Of a stretch of 64,000 bases of DNA, positions 55,770-64,000 are shown piece after piece. This stretch comes from Akkermansiaceae bacterium (GTDB lineage Bacteria > Verrucomicrobiota > Verrucomicrobiia > Verrucomicrobiales > Akkermansiaceae). Positions within the stretch are counted from its first letter, which is position 1, and every line of letters begins with the position of its first letter. The DNA is taken from positions 10,743-74,742 of the forward strand of contig JANMLQ010000081.1 in the NCBI GenBank assembly GCA_031372635.1, in the 5' to 3' direction. The notes beneath the pieces were generated by a model. It worked only from the letters and a program-made list of their open reading frames with translations, did no database searches and had not been told where the DNA came from. The position numbers and the translations under genes were made by a program.

Positions 55770-58544
55770 ATGAAGCCTAAAAACATCACACACGCCTCCG
55801 CCCGCATTCTCGCAGGCCCCATCGCCATGCTGCTCGGATCCTCCGGTGCCCACGCAGTGGATTACAACTTCGGTAGCACCCTGTCGAATTTCACGCTTAC
55901 CGCGACTGACCAGGCGCGGGGTTTAGGAACCGGCGCAACAGCTGGTATCGGTTTCAATGACAACACCTTCGGCAGCGTTTATGACCGTGGTGCTGCTCGG
56001 GACGCTACTTACATGCACTTCAACCTCTCGTCGCTGGCGGGGGCTACAATCAGCGGCATGGTCAATCTTAACCTGACCATCGACGCCACCTACGGCGGAG
56101 CCATCAACGGCGGAGTGGTGGGCAGCGCGACCAACGCATGGAGCTACCCCGGCACCACTGGTGGGATCACCACCATCAGCGGCGCGAATCCGAGCGGCAC
56201 CTATACCAGCGGCCAGACCGCCACGGCTGTGATCGACAACGCGACCTTCCAAGGTTTCGTGACTAACCCGGGCACCTTCAAAGGTCTCGCGATCACCGCC
56301 GGGGCTGGCTCCACGGCGCACTTTTCCGCACCGGCGACCCTGACCGGCAGCACCATCGTCTCCGCGATCACGGTGACCGGCGCCACGGACTGGAGCGCCG
56401 CTGTCTTTAATTCGGGCACTCTTTCCATCTCGGGCGCGAGCGATGTCAGCGGCGGGTCTGTCACGGTTCTTTCGGGAGCCACGGTATCGGTCACTGGCTC
56501 CGCCACCCTCGGCGCGGGCAGTTTCTCCGGCGGCTTCTCCAGCGGCGGCACCCTCTCGTTCGGCAGTTCCGCCAGCCAGACCCTCAGTGGCGTGATCTCC
56601 GGCAGCGGTGCCCTAGCCAAGGGTGGTGCCGGCACGCTCGCCCTATCCGGCGCGAATACCTACACTGGCGCGACGACGATCAGCGCAGGCTCCCTGCAAC
56701 TCGGCAACGGCGGCACAACGGGTTCGCTCTCAGCCAGCAGTGCCATCACGAACAACGGCAACCTGACCATCAACCGCAGCAACGCCGCCACACAGGGCGC
56801 GGACTTCAGCGCGGCAGCCATCACTGGCAACGGTTCCTTCACCCAAGCCGGTGCCGGAACCACCACACTCACTGCCGCGAACACCTACACCGGTGCCACC
56901 ACTATCAATGGGGGCGGGCTCATCCTTACCTCCAGCGGGTTGATCGCTGCCGCCAGTAACATTCAGGTCAATTCGGGCACACTCACCATTGCTGAAGGGG
57001 GTGGTGGCCGGACTTTGGCGAATAACATGGTCTTGAACGGCGGCGTCGTGCAGGGCTTACTGGATAACGCGGGAACAGGTGGAACAATCACCTTTTCCGG
57101 CGGGAATGTGACCCACACCTTCACCGCTTCGGGATCCCTCGTCCTTCCGACCTCAGTCGTCTCGGCCAGTGAACTGATCGTCGGTGCCGGTGGCGGCGGC
57201 GGCGCGGGAGTATCTTTCAATGTTTACAACGCGGGCGGTGGCGGCGGACAAGTCTTAAACCTCACCGGGCAAACGCTTGCTGCCGGCAGCACCTCTGTCG
57301 TGGTGGGGGCAGGAGGGGCGGGAGGAAATAATGTCAGCGGCACATCGGGCGGTGCGAGTTCGATCGGCGGGAATACTGCTGCCGGTGGCTCTGGTGCCAA
57401 CGACAATAATGGAACGGGCGGAACCAGCGGATCCGGGATGGCGGGTGGAGTCAGAAACAGCTCAGCTTCGGGTGGTGGTGGCGGCGCTTCCGCAGCCGGG
57501 GCTACTGCCCCCAACGGCTCTGCGGGCGGCAACGGTGGCGCGGGAAGCGTCGGGACTATCACGGGATCGTTTTATGGCGGCGGCGGTGGCGGAAGTTCGA
57601 ATGGCACACAAGGAGCTGGCGGCGTGGGCGGCGGTGGCTCTGGAAGCGGCAGTAACGTTGGGACCACCGGAACGGTGAATACAGGCGGCGGCGGCGGCAG
57701 CGGAGCAGCCGGTGGCTCCGGCATTGCCATCGTCCAATACGCCTATGCCACGGTGGCCGGCACGGTCACCCTCAGCGGGACGATTGATCTACAATCCGCC
57801 TCCACCTTGGATGCGTATGGAACCGGCGGCTTGCTGGATGTAACCGGGTCAATCTCCACCTCTATGGGCAGCGGTGGCCTCACCATCGCCTCATCGAACA
57901 GTTCGGGCGGCGTCGTGCGTTTCGGCTCAACCAATACCTACCTCGGCAACACGACGGTCAACAGCGGAGCCACGTTGCAAATCAACGGTGCCAATAACGG
58001 TTTGGGCTCAGTCAACGTCAATTCTGGAGCGACTTTAGGTGGCACGGGTTCGATCGCGGGTGCGGTCAATGTCACCGGCGTGCTGTCGCCAGGTGCATCG
58101 ATTCAAAGTCTGGCATCCGGGGCACTCACCATGACCGCTGGTTCGACGTTCGGCTACGAGGCCGCAAACAACACAGCGACTGGCGCGGACCTGATGGTGG
58201 TGAACGGTGCGCTTTCCCTCACCGGAGCCACGCTTGACTTGAGCGCTGCCAACCTCGCACTCGGTACATGGGTTGCGGGCGACAAGCTCACACTCATCAG
58301 TTACACTGGCGCGGCCATCACCAGCGGCTTCACTGGCTACACTGACGACACGACCTACACGGGTGGCATTTTCGGCCTGAACCAATGGGTGTTTAACTAC
58401 AACGATTCCACCGCAGGAGCCAATTACAACGGCGAAGCGACCGGCTCTTCCTTCGTCACCCTCACCGCTGTCCCCGAGCCTGATGTGACGATGCTGGTCG
58501 GTGGCTTGGGCTTGGTAGCGCTTCTTCGCCGCCGCAGGGCGTAA
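55770..58544 (+). CDS. giant surface protein paralog with PEP-CTERM anchor
   Basis: Same repeat and Gly-rich architecture (…GGSGIAIVQYA). C-terminal VPEPDVTMLVGGLGLVALLRRRRA. Confidence 0.85.
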   Translation: MKPKNITHASARILAGPIAMLLGSSGAHAVDYNFGSTLSNFTLTATDQARGLGTGATAGIGFNDNTFGSVYDRGAARDATYMHFNLSSLAGATISGMVNLNLTIDATYGGAINGGVVGSATNAWSYPGTTGGITTISGANPSGTYTSGQTATAVIDNATFQGFVTNPGTFKGLAITAGAGSTAHFSAPATLTGSTIVSAITVTGATDWSAAVFNSGTLSISGASDVSGGSVTVLSGATVSVTGSATLGAGSFSGGFSSGGTLSFGSSASQTLSGVISGSGALAKGGAGTLALSGANTYTGATTISAGSLQLGNGGTTGSLSASSAITNNGNLTINRSNAATQGADFSAAAITGNGSFTQAGAGTTTLTAANTYTGATTINGGGLILTSSGLIAAASNIQVNSGTLTIAEGGGGRTLANNMVLNGGVVQGLLDNAGTGGTITFSGGNVTHTFTASGSLVLPTSVVSASELIVGAGGGGGAGVSFNVYNAGGGGGQVLNLTGQTLAAGSTSVVVGAGGAGGNNVSGTSGGASSIGGNTAAGGSGANDNNGTGGTSGSGMAGGVRNSSASGGGGGASAAGATAPNGSAGGNGGAGSVGTITGSFYGGGGGGSSNGTQGAGGVGGGGSGSGSNVGTTGTVNTGGGGGSGAAGGSGIAIVQYAYATVAGTVTLSGTIDLQSASTLDAYGTGGLLDVTGSISTSMGSGGLTIASSNSSGGVVRFGSTNTYLGNTTVNSGATLQINGANNGLGSVNVNSGATLGGTGSIAGAVNVTGVLSPGASIQSLASGALTMTAGSTFGYEAANNTATGADLMVVNGALSLTGATLDLSAANLALGTWVAGDKLTLISYTGAAITSGFTGYTDDTTYTGGIFGLNQWVFNYNDSTAGANYNGEATGSSFVTLTAVPEPDVTMLVGGLGLVALLRRRRA

Positions 58545-58580
58545 ATCATTTTCTGGAGTTAATGGGTTTTCTTCAGAAAA

Positions 58581-58621
58581 GCGGGGCTGCTGATCGGAGG
58601 TCAGCGGCCCCGCAGTTTTTT
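58581..58621 (+). terminator. strong rho-independent terminator after the giant-protein pair
   Basis: GCGGGGCTGCTGA - loop - TCAGCGGCCCCGC followed by AGTTTTTTA. Confidence 0.75.
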
Positions 58622-59061
58622 ATCAGGATCGCCATTTGAAATCAGAAATAGTAACGACTGGCTAAACACCGAACGCTTCTTGAAGAATTCCAATCTGAGG
58701 ATGTCCCTGAATCTGTGGAATAATTGCTTTTGAGAGGTGAGTGATCCCTCATTCATCAGCAATTTTTTTCCCGAAGATTCAGGGACGCCACAGATTTTCA
58801 GACTGGATTCTTCGGAGATTGCCGAATTGCTTTGCATTCCTTGCGTTCTCTCGCGGCAATAGGTTTTTCTCGGCCACGAGCGATTCCGGGCGTCTCGCCC
58901 AATACTGAAATCCTAGCTTGTAAGTCATCAAAAGCTTCGTGAAAAAAAAGACTGACTTTGTATCAAACCCACAATAGCCCCATTTACCTGCCGGGCCAAA
59001 TCGAACGGTTTATCCTCCCTGTGGAACGGTCTGTGGGATGGTTTAGTATCATGCCTCGCCG

Positions 59062-60096
59062 CTACCGCGGCGAGGCAGTCGCTGTGAGAAGTCTGTATGC
59101 GCGGGGGGGCATGCCGAATCTGCGCTGGAACGCGGTCGCGAAATACTGGCTGGAGTTGAAGCCCGTCCCCATCGCGATCTCTGTGATCGAGGTCCGTTGG
59201 TTTTCCCGCAATCCTCTCGCAGCGTGTTCGAGTCTGCACATTCCCAGATAGGCCACCGGTCCGTTGTTGACCAGTTCGCTGCAGAATTTTGAAAGAGAGG
59301 TGATTCCCATTCCGCAGTGGGTCGCCATGGATTGAAGAGTCCAAGGCAGCGAGCAACTCGCGGGATTCTCCGATAGATCGCGAAGGAAGAGGTCCACCGT
59401 GTATCTGGGCGTGATGAGTTCCGGCAGGTTTTCCATTTGCTGCTCGACCACAACTCGATGTAGCCCGAGCAACAAGCGATTCACCGCCACCGCCAGACGC
59501 GATTCCATGAGGCCATCCCCCCAGTCCGAAACGCAATGGGAAATTTCCCGAAACGCCACCCGGATCTCCGCGCTGGCTGTCCAAACAGCGTTTTCGCCGA
59601 GCCGGAGCTTGCCCGTCAATTCCGATAAATCCCTGCGGGAAAGTATGAGCCATTCCGGCCATTTCCACTCCTCGTCCGGGCGACGGACACCGACATCAAG
59701 GATGATCCATGACAAGCGGCTAGGTCCAATGTTAGGGCTTCCGAGCCGGTGTAGCTGCCACGGCCGGGTGATCGTCAGATGCCCCGACTTCAGTGCGTGC
59801 CGATCTCCGTCCACCTCAAAGCCCGTCGAGCCGGTTTCCAGATACACGATCTCGATCCCCTCGTTCCGGTGTGGCCGGAGTCCCCAATCCTGATTGCGGC
59901 GGCAGTTCCAATAACCCACGCTGCTCAGGCCGGGCATGATTTTCGAATTCATTCGCGTGCCCGGATAGTGCCCTTTGCTCAGAGCGTGCAATTCAATTTT
60001 CCCCTCCCGTTGCGCTTTGACTTGTGGCTGACAGTCGTCGATTTCATAGGATTCAGCGCCCAATTGGTAAATCGGCGGAGGAAGCTTCAAATTCAT
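59062..60096 (-). CDS. AraC family transcriptional regulator (cupin sensor + HTH)
   Basis: C-terminal AraC HTH (ITEIAMGTGFNSSQYFATAFQRRFGMPPRAYR). The N-terminal cupin-like half is weaker support than the HTH. Confidence 0.88.
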   Translation of the reverse strand: MNLKLPPPIYQLGAESYEIDDCQPQVKAQREGKIELHALSKGHYPGTRMNSKIMPGLSSVGYWNCRRNQDWGLRPHRNEGIEIVYLETGSTGFEVDGDRHALKSGHLTITRPWQLHRLGSPNIGPSRLSWIILDVGVRRPDEEWKWPEWLILSRRDLSELTGKLRLGENAVWTASAEIRVAFREISHCVSDWGDGLMESRLAVAVNRLLLGLHRVVVEQQMENLPELITPRYTVDLFLRDLSENPASCSLPWTLQSMATHCGMGITSLSKFCSELVNNGPVAYLGMCRLEHAARGLRENQRTSITEIAMGTGFNSSQYFATAFQRRFGMPPRAYRLLTATASPR

Positions 60097-60182
60097 AGTT
60101 GTAGAATATTCTTCGCCGCAGAATACCGCAAGACGGGAGAAGGAATTTAATTACAAATTCATGCCCTCCAGAAAACCCATCT

Positions 60183-62099
60183 ATGAATATCAGCACACTC
60201 GACTGGGCCATCGTCATCATTTACCTCCTTGGAGTTGTCTCTATCGGCTGTTGGGCCGGCATTAACGCTAAGAAAAAAGGCCAGCAGCACGGTGAGTCCG
60301 TCGCCGGAGACTACTTCATGGCGGCCCACACGCTCAAGTGGCCGGTCATCGGCCTTGCACTCTTCGCCACCAACATCTCCTGTGTCCACCTCGTCAGCCT
60401 TGCCCAGTCCGGCTATGATACCGGCCTGCTCAACGGCAACTTCGAGTGGATGGCCGCCTTCACGCTGATTCTGCTAGGCTTCTTTTTTGCCCCGTTCTAC
60501 CTGAAATCCAAGGTCGCCACGCTGCCGGACTTCCTCGAAAAACGCTACTGCCGCGAGTGCCGGGATCTGCTTGCAGTCGTCTCCATCGTCGCCGCGATCA
60601 TCTTCCACATCGCTTTCCCGCTCGCCACTGGATGGTTGATCCTGCACGACATTTTTGGTATCGAGAAATGGACCTGCATCTTCGTGATGTGCGCGCTCAC
60701 CGGCGTTTATACCGTGGTCGGAGGACTCGCTGCGGTGGCGATCACCGAGACGATCCAGACCATCGTTCTGCTTGTCGGCGCGTTCGTCATCACTTGGTTC
60801 GCTTGGCAAAAAACCGGCGGTTGGGAAGGCATGACCTCCACGCTCGATACCGCCAACGCCGCCGCCAAGGGCATCACCGATGGCAAGCTCATGAGCATGC
60901 TCCGTCCTCATGGCGACGACAGCGGCATGCCATGGTATTCCATCCTGCTAGGCTACCCCGTGCTCGGCATCTGGTATTGGTGCGCAGATCAAACCATCGT
61001 CCAGCGCGTACTCGGTGCGAAATCCGAAAACGATGCCCGCGTTGGCTCCATTTTCTGCGGCCTCATCAAGATCTTGCCCGTCTTCATCTTCATCGTTCCC
61101 GGCCTGATGCTTTACACCGCCGTCAAGCAAGGAAACCTCGAAGGCGTCACCCAAGTTCGCCTCATCCAAACGGTCGGTAAGGAAAAAATCATTTCCGTCA
61201 CCGGTGACTTCGGCGGCCCTAAGATCGAGCCCATCCGCTTGAAAGAAGGCGAGACTCTCGATCTATCCACCCTTCCCATCACTGCCGCAGGCAAGGACTC
61301 CTCACTCATCATCGGCCCCGACGTACCAGTGAAGATCGTGAAAACTAACGCGGGCGAAACCATCCCCGCTCCTGCCGGCATCCGCCCATACAAATCGAAG
61401 GAAGTTTATGCCGTCATGATCAAAAATCTGCTCCCTGTCGGCGTGCTCGGCCTTCTCGCCGCAGCGCTGATGGCCGCACTGATGGGAAATTTATCCAGCG
61501 CCTCGAACTCGATCGCCACCATGGTCAGTTACGACATCGTTAAACGTTTCCGCCCGGACACCAGTGACAAGCAACTCGTCCGCATCGGCCGCATCGCCAC
61601 CATCTCGTCCATTGCGTTTGGTATCGCCCTCGTTCCGCTGCTCGACCGCAAGGCCAGCATCTTCAACGCGCTCAACGAAATCATCGCACACATGGCACCG
61701 CCCATCACCTGCGTTTTCCTGCTAGGCGTCTTCTGGCCCGCCGCCTCCGCTCGCGGCGCGAAGTGGACAATGTGGCTAGGCTCCGTGATAGGGGTGGGGA
61801 TCTACTCACTCAAGGCTCTCAATGAAGGGTTCCCGAATGCCTTCGCTTGGGTCCCCGCTTTCTTCATCACCACCCCGTTCTTGATGATGGCATTTTACAT
61901 GTTTGTCGCCTGCCTCGTAATCCAGATCACCTTCACCAAGCTCCAGCCGAAACTCGCAGGCGAAGACCCGCAGGCTCTCTACTGGCCACATCCGCTCGAC
62001 GCCCTCAAAGCCCCCGGCTGGCCGGGTATTCTCAACTACAAGATCCTCGCCAGCATCGTCATCCTCTCAATGGTCATACTCTACATCCTATTCCGCTAA
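60183..62099 (+). CDS. sodium:solute symporter (SSS/SGLT family)
   Basis: About 13-14 TM helices, typical SSS N-terminus (LDWAIVIIYLLGVVSIG...DYFMA), and a hydrophilic insert of about 90 aa in the middle. Confidence 0.9.
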   Translation: MNISTLDWAIVIIYLLGVVSIGCWAGINAKKKGQQHGESVAGDYFMAAHTLKWPVIGLALFATNISCVHLVSLAQSGYDTGLLNGNFEWMAAFTLILLGFFFAPFYLKSKVATLPDFLEKRYCRECRDLLAVVSIVAAIIFHIAFPLATGWLILHDIFGIEKWTCIFVMCALTGVYTVVGGLAAVAITETIQTIVLLVGAFVITWFAWQKTGGWEGMTSTLDTANAAAKGITDGKLMSMLRPHGDDSGMPWYSILLGYPVLGIWYWCADQTIVQRVLGAKSENDARVGSIFCGLIKILPVFIFIVPGLMLYTAVKQGNLEGVTQVRLIQTVGKEKIISVTGDFGGPKIEPIRLKEGETLDLSTLPITAAGKDSSLIIGPDVPVKIVKTNAGETIPAPAGIRPYKSKEVYAVMIKNLLPVGVLGLLAAALMAALMGNLSSASNSIATMVSYDIVKRFRPDTSDKQLVRIGRIATISSIAFGIALVPLLDRKASIFNALNEIIAHMAPPITCVFLLGVFWPAASARGAKWTMWLGSVIGVGIYSLKALNEGFPNAFAWVPAFFITTPFLMMAFYMFVACLVIQITFTKLQPKLAGEDPQALYWPHPLDALKAPGWPGILNYKILASIVILSMVILYILFR

Positions 62100-62103
62100 C
62101 TCC

Positions 62104-62502
62104 ATGAAAACCCTCGTCATCCTAACTTTCGCCGCACTCGCCGCCAGTTGCGCTCCTACCCAAGTCCAACGCCATGCCTGGGTCACCGGACTTAAGCCGC
62201 AAAAGGCAGCATACTACCGCAAGCTTCACGCCAACCCATGGCCAGCCGTCAACGCCAATTTGAAAGCGTGCAATATCCGCAACTTCTCGATCTACGAGCG
62301 CGAAATTGCCGGAAAAACCTACCTCTTCGCCTATCTGGAATACACCGGCAAGGACTACGCCGCCGATATGAAAAAAATGGCCGCCGATCCCGAAACCCAG
62401 CGCTGGTGGAAGGAAACCGACCCCTGCCAATCCCCACTCCCCGACGCCCTCAAAGCCGGTCAAATCTGGTCCGACACCAAGGAGATCTATCACCTTGATT
62501 GA
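62104..62502 (+). CDS. rhaM: L-rhamnose mutarotase family protein with lipoprotein-type signal peptide
   Basis: YYRKLHANPWPAV...NFSIYERE...QRWWKETDPCQ matches RhaM/YiiL. Has an N-terminal MKTLVILTFAALAASC extension. Confidence 0.85.
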   Translation: MKTLVILTFAALAASCAPTQVQRHAWVTGLKPQKAAYYRKLHANPWPAVNANLKACNIRNFSIYEREIAGKTYLFAYLEYTGKDYAADMKKMAADPETQRWWKETDPCQSPLPDALKAGQIWSDTKEIYHLD

Positions 62503-62512
62503 GAATCCTCCC

Positions 62513-63274
62513 ATGCTTCTCCAAGACCAAGTCATCTTCGTCACCGGCGGCTCCACCGGCATCGGCCTTGACTGCGCCAAGGCTTACGCCGCTGAAGGAG
62601 CGAAAGTCGCGCTCATCGCCCGCAACGGAGATCTATCCGCCCAAGCTGCTGCCCAACTCGGGCCCGAGCATCTTGGTTTTGCCTGCGATGTTTCCAAGGA
62701 TTCTGAGGTGAAATCCGCCATCAAACGCGTGCTTGCCCACTATGGAAAAATCGACGCCATCCATAACAACGCCGGCATCGCCACGCCGAGCAAGCCACTC
62801 CACGAAACGAGTGATGAAGAGTGGGACGCCCTCTTCAACATCAACCTGAAAAGCATACTCCACACCACTCGTCATGGCATCGCTGCGCTCCGCCGATCCA
62901 GAGGCTGCATCCTCAACACCTCTTCACTCGTCGGCGTCATCGGTCAAGAAATCCACGCCGCCTACACCGCCACTAAAGGCGGCATGAACACCCTCACCAA
63001 ATCCATGGCGCTAGATTACGCAAAAGAAGGCATCCGCGTGAACGCCGTCTGCCCCGCTGGCACTTGGACACCCATGCTCCGCACTTGGGCCTCCGAACAA
63101 CCCGACCCCACCGAGGTGTCCAAATACCTCAATGACATCCACCCGCTCGGCTACTGCCCCGAGGGCGACGTCATAGCGGACGCTTGCGTCTTTCTCCTAT
63201 CAGCCAAAGCCCGCTTCATCACCGGCCACATCATGCACGTCTCCGGCGGTGCGGAAATCGGCTACCGTCGCTAA
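62513..63274 (+). CDS. short-chain dehydrogenase/reductase (SDR)
   Basis: VTGGSTGIG, NNAG, and catalytic SS...YTATKGG. ATG 62513 preferred over TTG 62495. Confidence 0.88.
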   Translation: MLLQDQVIFVTGGSTGIGLDCAKAYAAEGAKVALIARNGDLSAQAAAQLGPEHLGFACDVSKDSEVKSAIKRVLAHYGKIDAIHNNAGIATPSKPLHETSDEEWDALFNINLKSILHTTRHGIAALRRSRGCILNTSSLVGVIGQEIHAAYTATKGGMNTLTKSMALDYAKEGIRVNAVCPAGTWTPMLRTWASEQPDPTEVSKYLNDIHPLGYCPEGDVIADACVFLLSAKARFITGHIMHVSGGAEIGYRR

Positions 63275-63295
63275 ATTCTCCAATCAATTCCTTAT

Positions 63296-64000
63296 ATGAA
63301 AATTCCATCCATTCTTCTCACCATGCTCCTCAGCGCCGGCACTCTGCTGGCCCAAGACATCATCCCCGCATCCGCAGCGACCATCAAAAATTGGCAGAAC
63401 GCCCGCTTCGGCATGTTCATCCATTGGGGCCCCGTCAGCCTGAAAGGAACTGAGATCGGTTGGTCGCGCGGTGGTCAAATCCCGATCGAGGAATATGACA
63501 ATCTCTACAAACAATTCAATCCCACCAAGTTCAACGCCGATGAATGGGTCGCCGTCGCCAAGGCATCCGGAATGAAATACATAGTTCTAACGACCAAGCA
63601 CCATGACGGCTTTTGCCTCTGGAACACCAAGCAGACCGACTACAACATCATGAAGACGCCCTTCAAACGGGACGTCGTCAAGGAACTCGCAGCAGCTTGT
63701 AAAAAAGGTGGCATTGCCTTTGGTGCTTACTACTCCGCCTGTGACTGGCATCACCCGTCTTACCCGCTTGGATCACCTGCCGGAACCTCTCATAATCCGA
63801 ACCCAGACTTAAAAGCCTACGATGCTTATCTCCAAGGACAGGTCACCGAACTGGTGAAAAACTATGGTCCGCTTTTGACCCTTTGGTTCGATGTCCCCCA
63901 AGCATACGACCAGACCTACGGCATTCCCATGGTCAACATGCTGCGCAAGCTCCAACCCAATCTCATGATCAACAACCGCGCCTACTCCGTCGGCGGCGCT
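63296..64000 (+). CDS. alpha-L-fucosidase (GH29), 5' fragment running off the window
   Basis: My own translation: MKIPSILLTMLLSAGTLLAQ...ARFGMFIHWGPVS...GMKYIVLTTKHHDGFCLWNTK...AFGAYYS. No stop codon before the window end. Confidence 0.88.
   Translation, partial: MKIPSILLTMLLSAGTLLAQDIIPASAATIKNWQNARFGMFIHWGPVSLKGTEIGWSRGGQIPIEEYDNLYKQFNPTKFNADEWVAVAKASGMKYIVLTTKHHDGFCLWNTKQTDYNIMKTPFKRDVVKELAAACKKGGIAFGAYYSACDWHHPSYPLGSPAGTSHNPNPDLKAYDAYLQGQVTELVKNYGPLLTLWFDVPQAYDQTYGIPMVNMLRKLQPNLMINNRAYSVGGA

Noticed and set aside
58928-59668. 246-aa minus-strand ORF and neighbouring ORFs overlapping the AraC gene in other frames
   Set aside because: These are alternative-frame shadows. The 59062-60096 frame contains the AraC HTH.

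Overview
GC-rich chromosomal window, mostly housekeeping and glycan-utilisation genes, with several small accessory insertions. All family calls come from reading motifs in the supplied translations; no database search was run.

Likely source (inference): a Verrucomicrobiota / PVC-superphylum genome. Supporting idioms are PEP-CTERM tails, giant autotransporter-associated beta-strand-repeat proteins, DUF1080, PVM-type microcompartment genes and AC-rich non-Shine-Dalgarno leaders.

Contents, left to right:
- 0.5-4.6 kb: right-hand part of a bacterial microcompartment (BMC) operon on the minus strand (PduL, three BMC-H, AckA, one BMC-P) with a divergent DeoR regulator. A GxxExxY-gene cassette bounded by inverted repeats sits in one of its intercistronic spacers.
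- 4.7-17.8 kb: ribF; an orphan secretin plus an unknown membrane protein; hpf; a decayed serine-protease pseudogene; secG with a Pro/Ala tail; rhomboid protease; Zn-peptidase; GT2 glycosyltransferase; L,D-transpeptidase; rpsT; a zinc-ribbon/DUF1802 pair.
- 18.1-21.8 kb: tRNA-Ser, a 542-aa protein with disordered termini, waaA, and an exported archaemetzincin.
- 21.8-25.2 kb: a REP-associated tyrosine transposase (RAYT) flanked by two REPIN hairpins; then feoA and feoB, followed by a repeat insertion and a small FeoB-associated Cys-rich ORF that is missing from the ORF track.
- 25.2-35.7 kb: ptsH, DUF1080, serS, two small PEP-CTERM proteins, uxuA, uvrA, dienelactone hydrolase, and a prepilin peptidase with a large insert.
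- 35.8-37.9 kb: an AT-richer island with a C-protein / restriction endonuclease / Dam-class methyltransferase system.
- 37.9-48.7 kb: ABC1 kinase, CrtI-family oxidoreductase, tRNA(CAT), GH2, a twin-HExxH protein, an SGNH remnant, a PtsN-like EIIA, argS.
- 49.6-58.5 kb: a LuxR-type two-component system whose kinase carries a discoidin-like sensor, divergent from two tandem giant surface proteins. The two share a roughly 1-kb central Gly-rich cassette (high DNA identity by eye) while their flanks differ.
- 59-64 kb: a fucose/rhamnose-type utilisation cluster (AraC, SSS transporter, lipoprotein-type RhaM, SDR, GH29 fragment).

Most unusual signal: a set of intergenic inverted-repeat elements at five or more loci. 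Their arms are built from short tandem sub-repeats, often end in AACC(A/G)C, and co-vary between arms. Only one of them carries a gene, the GxxExxY nuclease-family ORF.
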